From the NCBI GenBank assembly GCA_050485845.1, contig JBJHCD010000001.1, positions 1 through 30,243 on the forward strand: a DNA stretch of 30,243 bases. Direction: 5' to 3'. Below are positions 25,461-30,243 of this stretch, piece by piece. The notes beneath the pieces are model-generated. The model made no database searches. It was not told where the DNA came from and worked only from the letters and a program-made list of their open reading frames with translations. How positions within the stretch are numbered: position 1 is the stretch's first letter; the number at the start of each line of letters is the position of its first letter. The stretch is from Pirellulaceae bacterium (GTDB lineage Bacteria; Planctomycetota; Planctomycetia; Pirellulales; Pirellulaceae). Both the position numbers and the translations under genes were made by a program.

Positions 25461-25682
25461 ATGCCGATCATTATTAATGAAATGGACATGGGATTCCCAG
25501 ACGAGCCTCCCACCGAAGGTTCGCTCGCCAGTCGTGTCGCCGAACTGGAGCAGCATGTCGAATCCCTGGAGATGACCGTCCGCAACCTCGCTCGGTATTG
25601 TGAGGCATTGGAAGCGACTTGTCGAACGGCTTTCGCGGATTTGCCGGGTCAGGCACCCTTTCCCATTGTTCCTCGCCCCTAG
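25461..25682 (+). CDS. Small (73 aa) hypothetical protein with a coiled-coil segment
   Basis: AAGGA lies 10 nt before ATG 25461; heptad-like stretch LASRVAELEQHVESLEMTVRNLARYCEALE. The longer ORF from 25095 would overlap the vgrG start on the opposite strand. Confidence 0.6.
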   Translation: MPIIINEMDMGFPDEPPTEGSLASRVAELEQHVESLEMTVRNLARYCEALEATCRTAFADLPGQAPFPIVPRP

Positions 25683-25824
25683 TCGCACCGTGTGAGTCGT
25701 CCGTTCGCGTCACGGATTTCCGCCGCTGACGCGATTCTCTCTGGTTATGAACGAGATCACGTTCTCGACACGATCGGGGTGAGAATCAGCAAGTCGACGC
25801 CAGAATCGAGGTTGTAACCAGCGT

Positions 25825-28389
25825 ATGGAGACCATCAGTCCGCTTCCGATCGAGTCGATCCTGCCCCAATTCATTTCTCAATTACATGCGGAGGGGCAGG
25901 TCGTATTGCGAGCCCCCACGGGAGCCGGAAAGACAACGCGAGTTCCACCGGCTCTCCTTGACTCGGGATTGGCCGGAACGGGACAGATCGTGATGCTCGA
26001 GCCGAGGCGGATCGCCGCTCGGAGTGCGGCGCGGCGGATGGCATTCGAGCGTAAGACGCCGATCGGGGGCGAAGTCGGTTACCAGGTCCGCTTCGACCAA
26101 CAGTCTGGTCCGCACACCAGGATCCTGGTCGTCACCGAAGGGGTGTTGCTCCGCCGGCTTCAGGATGATCCCTTCCTGGAAGGTGTTTCGATCGTGCTGT
26201 TCGATGAGTTTCACGAGCGGAACTTGGCCAGTGACTTGGCGCTTGCGATGATTCGTCGGGTTCGCCAGACATTTCGGCCGGAGCTACAAGTCGGCGTGAT
26301 GTCGGCCACCCTTGATCCTCAACCCATCGCCGATTACCTGGGTGGCGCGACGATTCTGGAAAGTGAGGGGCGCACGTTTCCCGTTCAAATAGAGCATGCC
26401 GTCCCGCGCGAGCGAATGCCGTTGCCCGAACGGGCGGCCTGGGGAATCGAAAGAACTCTTTCTCGCTCGGAAGGGGACATCCTGGTTTTTCTGCCGGGAG
26501 TGGGTGAGATTCGTCGGACGGCAAAGCTCGTGGAGCCGTGGGCCCGGCGGGAAGGTCTCGAGCTGCTGCAGCTATATGGTGATCTTCCTGCCGAGGAGCA
26601 GGACCGCGTTTTGCAGCCTAGTCCAAGGAGAAAGCTGATTCTCGCCACCAATGTCGCCGAGACCTCTCTTACCATCGAAGGGGTCGCCGCGGTGGTGGAT
26701 ACCGGATATGCCAAGGTACTGCGACTTGACCCCCAGGTCGGACTCGACCGGCTACAGCTTGAAGGCATCTCGAAAGCCTCAGCTCAGCAACGGGCCGGAC
26801 GAGCTGGACGGACAGGGCCAGGATACTGTCTCCGACTTTGGCGGTCGGATTCGACCGAACACCAACAGGAACAATCCGAGCCGGAGATCCGGCGAGTCGA
26901 CCTTTCCGGGGCGGTGCTTGAGCTGAAATGCTGGGGGGAGTCTTCCGTGAGGGAGTTTCCCTGGTACGATGCCCCACGCTCGGAAATGGTGGAACAGGCG
27001 GAATCTTTACTTCGGCGGCTGGATGCCCTGGACTCGGCGGGAGAAATTACCGAGTTGGGGCGAAGCATGGTACGCCTGCCGGTGCATCCTCGCTTGGCCA
27101 GACTACTGATCGAAGGACATCGACATGGAGAGGCTCGCAAGGCAGCCTGGCTGGCCGCCTTGATTTCCGAGCGGGATCCGTTTTTCCGTCCTGGTGGATC
27201 GACCGGCTCGCGCCCTCCTCCCACCGTGACGGCTCGCTACTCCTCCTCCGATCTGCTCGATCGCCTCGAGGCCCTCGAAGAAGCCGAACGGCATGGGACC
27301 ACGGTCTTTCCGTGGGGTGAGTTGAATCGAGGGGGGGCTCGCTTCATCAATCGTGTCCGTGACCAGTTGGTTCGAGCGATGGACGCAGTAGCCGGCGATT
27401 TCCATTCTGCCCTGGAAGGGAAGTCAGCCGCGAAAATCTCCTCGGATGAGGCGTTGTTGCGAGCCTTGGTCGTGGCATATCCCGACCGAGTCGCTCGGCG
27501 GCGGGATCGCGGTGATCGCGGCAAAGGGGTGATGGTGGGAGGCCGAGGAGTGCGACTGGGTCCGACCTCGTCGGTGCGGGAGGGGGAGTTGTTTCTTTGC
27601 GTGGACGTGGACGCCGGTCAGACGGAAGCCTTGGTGCGCCAAGCCTCGATGGTCGATGTCGATTGGCTCCCCACCTCCTCTTGCCGAACGCAGGTGGACG
27701 TCTTCTTCCATCCTTCGCAAAAGCAAGTGGTCGCCAGGCGCCGAGAAATGTACGAAGACTTGGTCCTCGCCGAGTCTCCGACGACCCTGCCGGACGACGA
27801 CCGTCCGGCCGAACTGCTGTTCAGTGAAGCGGTCCGCGCCTGGGACCAGATTTTTCCTCGGCAAGATGCCAAGATGGTCGAACTCGTGCAACGAGTGAAT
27901 TCCCTGGCCCAATGGATGCCGGAGCTGGAACTTCCAACATTTCACGACGAGGCTTTGCGCCAGGTACTGCGTGCCTTATGCGGACGCTGCCGGTCATTCG
28001 CCGAACTGAAGAAGGCGGATTGGAGGGCGGAGCTGACATCACTGCTGACGTGGGACCAATTGCAGGCGTTGGACCGCGAGGCGCCGCAGCAGGTCGTGGT
28101 CCCCAGCGGGAGCCGCATTCGGTTGTCTTATCAGGCAGGGAGCCCACCGGTCCTGGCCGTGCGGATTCAAGAGATGTTCGGACAACGCGAGACCTTCCGA
28201 GTGGCAGGTGGCCGAGTACCGGTGCTGCTTCATTTGCTGGCCCCCAACATGCGTCCCCATCAGGTGACCGACGACTTGGAGAGCTTCTGGAAAAATACTT
28301 ACAACATCGTGAGGAAAGAGCTTGCTCGCCGCTATCCCCGACATCCTTGGCCCGAGGATCCGCTTTCAGCCAAACCGATTCGAAAGTGA
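25825..28389 (+). CDS. hrpB: ATP-dependent RNA helicase HrpB (DEAH/RHA family)
   Basis: APTGAGKTT, LEPRRIAAR, DEFHER, MSAT, LVFLPG, LATNVAETSLTIEG, QRAGRAGR and the HrpB C-terminal signature LLHLLAPNMRPHQVTDDLESFW...ELARRYPRHPWPEDP. Confidence 0.97.
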   Translation: METISPLPIESILPQFISQLHAEGQVVLRAPTGAGKTTRVPPALLDSGLAGTGQIVMLEPRRIAARSAARRMAFERKTPIGGEVGYQVRFDQQSGPHTRILVVTEGVLLRRLQDDPFLEGVSIVLFDEFHERNLASDLALAMIRRVRQTFRPELQVGVMSATLDPQPIADYLGGATILESEGRTFPVQIEHAVPRERMPLPERAAWGIERTLSRSEGDILVFLPGVGEIRRTAKLVEPWARREGLELLQLYGDLPAEEQDRVLQPSPRRKLILATNVAETSLTIEGVAAVVDTGYAKVLRLDPQVGLDRLQLEGISKASAQQRAGRAGRTGPGYCLRLWRSDSTEHQQEQSEPEIRRVDLSGAVLELKCWGESSVREFPWYDAPRSEMVEQAESLLRRLDALDSAGEITELGRSMVRLPVHPRLARLLIEGHRHGEARKAAWLAALISERDPFFRPGGSTGSRPPPTVTARYSSSDLLDRLEALEEAERHGTTVFPWGELNRGGARFINRVRDQLVRAMDAVAGDFHSALEGKSAAKISSDEALLRALVVAYPDRVARRRDRGDRGKGVMVGGRGVRLGPTSSVREGELFLCVDVDAGQTEALVRQASMVDVDWLPTSSCRTQVDVFFHPSQKQVVARRREMYEDLVLAESPTTLPDDDRPAELLFSEAVRAWDQIFPRQDAKMVELVQRVNSLAQWMPELELPTFHDEALRQVLRALCGRCRSFAELKKADWRAELTSLLTWDQLQALDREAPQQVVVPSGSRIRLSYQAGSPPVLAVRIQEMFGQRETFRVAGGRVPVLLHLLAPNMRPHQVTDDLESFWKNTYNIVRKELARRYPRHPWPEDPLSAKPIRK

Positions 28390-28429
28390 TCGATTTGTGA
28401 CTTGCTTTCGGCAGGGGTCGCGTCGGCAT

Positions 28430-30241
28430 TCATTTCGATGGAGGGGGAAGGTCGAGCCTCGCTACTTCAAACGGAGCCAGCGTCAGTTCAAGATGTCCTT
28501 CATTCGTGTTGATCACCTCCGGTGCCGCGGAACGGTACGATTCCGGATCTTGCATCGCCGCGATAACATTTTTCTCATGGAGTCGCCGGAGGTGCCAAGG
28601 TCCGGGGAATGCGTCCAGGCTGATTTGTTGTGATTCGGCCGTTAGATTGGCAACCAGCAGTCGCCGGCGGTTGTCTTGTGTCAGCAGCAACGTTTCGACT
28701 CGTAGCGGATCGCTCGATTGAGTCGGAAGGACTTTTCCCTCGGAAAACTCGGCCACGTCCGCCAGAACGTGAAACAATGGAAAAACGGATCCAGGCAGGG
28801 AACGGAATTTCTCCGGGACGGGTGAACCGCTTTCCGTCTCCATGACCCCGCGCCACCCGTTCGTCTCGTAGTAGGTCGCATGCTCGGCGCCGCTCTCCGC
28901 CAAGTACTTGATGCTTCCCATGGTCCAGCCCGCACCAAACAACGACATCTGGCGGACATCCACCTGTTCGGGCAGTGTTCCTGGTGGCGGTTCCTCGGGT
29001 GCCGCCGTTGCGTTGGGGTTGAAGCGAGGTTTCAGCGTCACCGGGGAAATGGCCAAGGGAAGCGAACCGGAGAATTGCCGAGCGCTGACGACCGTCTCGG
29101 CATGGGCCGCCAGAGTCTCCACCAGGGACCGATTGTCAAAGGCATGTACTTGAGGATTGATGGAATAGCAAACTCCATCTGCCACGTTGATATTCGGTCG
29201 TCCCCGGTTCAACTCCGTGAAATAGGCGTTGGTCCCCGTGAAGATCGGCGTGTCGGTGGCATGGCGACTTAGATGCTCTCTGGCCAACTGGACCCATTGT
29301 TCCCTCGTGGAAGATTCATTCGAGTGAAACAGTAGCCACCGAGCGATCGTGGGATTTTCCGACTGCAACCAATCAACGAAAGCGAGCAGTTCCGCCTCCG
29401 CGTCATCCGAAACGAACAGGGCGACTTCGAGAGGAATATCCAGCGAGGCGGCTTCCTCGGCGGCTTGTTGAAAGCGCCCGCGATGGTCGGGATCTGCCAG
29501 CACGACGTCGACGCGAAGATGAGCGGGACGCAGCATGCCGAGCCGACGGATTTCTCGTTCCGTGAGACGTTCTCCATGACTTGCCATGGACAAGCCGATG
29601 GAAAGCAGGGGGCGAGGTTCGGCCGAGCCAACTTCCAGTGAGAGAGGGTGTGTCTTGTCATGAGGGAACACCGAGTCTTGGCGACCATGGTCGGCGTGGG
29701 CGTCCGCCTGGCCGTCGGCATGGCCTTCGAGAGTCAGGGTGACGCGTTGTGCGATTTTCGTCCCCATGGGAATCTCAACGGGATAGGGGCGGCTCAACGG
29801 AGTGCAAAAGGTCTTGAAGGAGGCGTCGACCCAGTTGCGCTGATCTTCCATTTCAAAGACGTCCCCTTCGAAATCGAGTCGAGCCCATACGCCGGGTTTT
29901 ACTTCATGAGCCAGAGATTGAATGTCCAGAAACGGAGCATCCGGCTGGATGTATTGAGGGAAATTCTTCTCCACGAGCGTGCCGTCTGCTTGGATGGCGC
30001 GGCCACGTGCCCCCGCGGCTTCGGAGGGATGCAGGATGCAGAAGCCGATACGATTTCGCAGAAAGGTCGACCGGGCGATTCCGTCCATGCTGAAAGTAAT
30101 CGTTCCTTGCTCGTCTCCCTTGATCTCTCCCTGCCAGATGAAGTCGATATCTCCCTGCTTATTTTCGACTTCGTAGCGAATCAGAAACGAATCTTCGTGG
30201 ATCTCCAGCTTTTCGTTCCTGAGCACCACGGGAAGTGTTCC
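28430..30241 (-). CDS. D-apionate lactonase (ApnL)-like protein, 5'-truncated by the window edge
   Basis: The frame is open to the window end (GTLPVVLRNE...). Motifs TFLRNRIGFCILHP, FEGDVFEMEDQRNWVDASFKTF, AYFTELNR, INPQVHAFDNRSLVETL and VDVRQMSLFGAGWT match my recollection of the ApnL family. Confidence 0.7.
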   Translation of the reverse strand, partial: GTLPVVLRNEKLEIHEDSFLIRYEVENKQGDIDFIWQGEIKGDEQGTITFSMDGIARSTFLRNRIGFCILHPSEAAGARGRAIQADGTLVEKNFPQYIQPDAPFLDIQSLAHEVKPGVWARLDFEGDVFEMEDQRNWVDASFKTFCTPLSRPYPVEIPMGTKIAQRVTLTLEGHADGQADAHADHGRQDSVFPHDKTHPLSLEVGSAEPRPLLSIGLSMASHGERLTEREIRRLGMLRPAHLRVDVVLADPDHRGRFQQAAEEAASLDIPLEVALFVSDDAEAELLAFVDWLQSENPTIARWLLFHSNESSTREQWVQLAREHLSRHATDTPIFTGTNAYFTELNRGRPNINVADGVCYSINPQVHAFDNRSLVETLAAHAETVVSARQFSGSLPLAISPVTLKPRFNPNATAAPEEPPPGTLPEQVDVRQMSLFGAGWTMGSIKYLAESGAEHATYYETNGWRGVMETESGSPVPEKFRSLPGSVFPLFHVLADVAEFSEGKVLPTQSSDPLRVETLLLTQDNRRRLLVANLTAESQQISLDAFPGPWHLRRLHEKNVIAAMQDPESYRSAAPEVINTNEGHLELTLAPFEVARLDLPPPSK

Positions 30242-30243
30242 CC

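Noticed and set aside
25707-25787. Inverted repeats between the small ORF and hrpB (GCGTCA/TGACGC; GATTCTC/GAGAATC)
   Set aside because: Short stems without a convincing U-tract; cannot be called terminators or a mobile-element end.

Overview
A GC-rich bacterial chromosomal segment, almost certainly from Planctomycetota (inferred from the adjacent DUF1553/PSCyt + DUF1501 gene pair, the sulfatase, the secretin-N repeat protein and the FG-GAP/HEAT proteins). In order: a 5'-truncated protein of secretin N-domain repeats with no secretin core; a three-gene unit (DUF1080-like exported protein, OmpR-family regulator, sensor kinase) behind a promoter with an 11-bp-period direct repeat; a DUF1553/cytochrome c gene plus a DUF1501 gene; an exported hypothetical protein ending in a QQA repeat; a sulfatase; an ornithine cyclodeaminase-family gene with a sigma54-like promoter; a GH78 alpha-L-rhamnosidase; a Na+/Ca2+ exchanger with NCKX-like motifs behind a structured leader; an S9 peptidase fused to an FG-GAP propeller; an orphan VgrG overlapping a HEAT-repeat gene; a small coiled-coil ORF; hrpB; and a 5'-truncated D-apionate-lactonase-like gene. 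I saw no rRNA, tRNA, CRISPR array or transposase. The best candidate for an undescribed system is the orphan vgrG-HEAT cassette, whose VgrG looks like a hybrid of a T6SS-type hub and an eCIS/phage-baseplate-V-type needle ending in SYTPGAGNIW. All family calls come from motif recognition without database searches.
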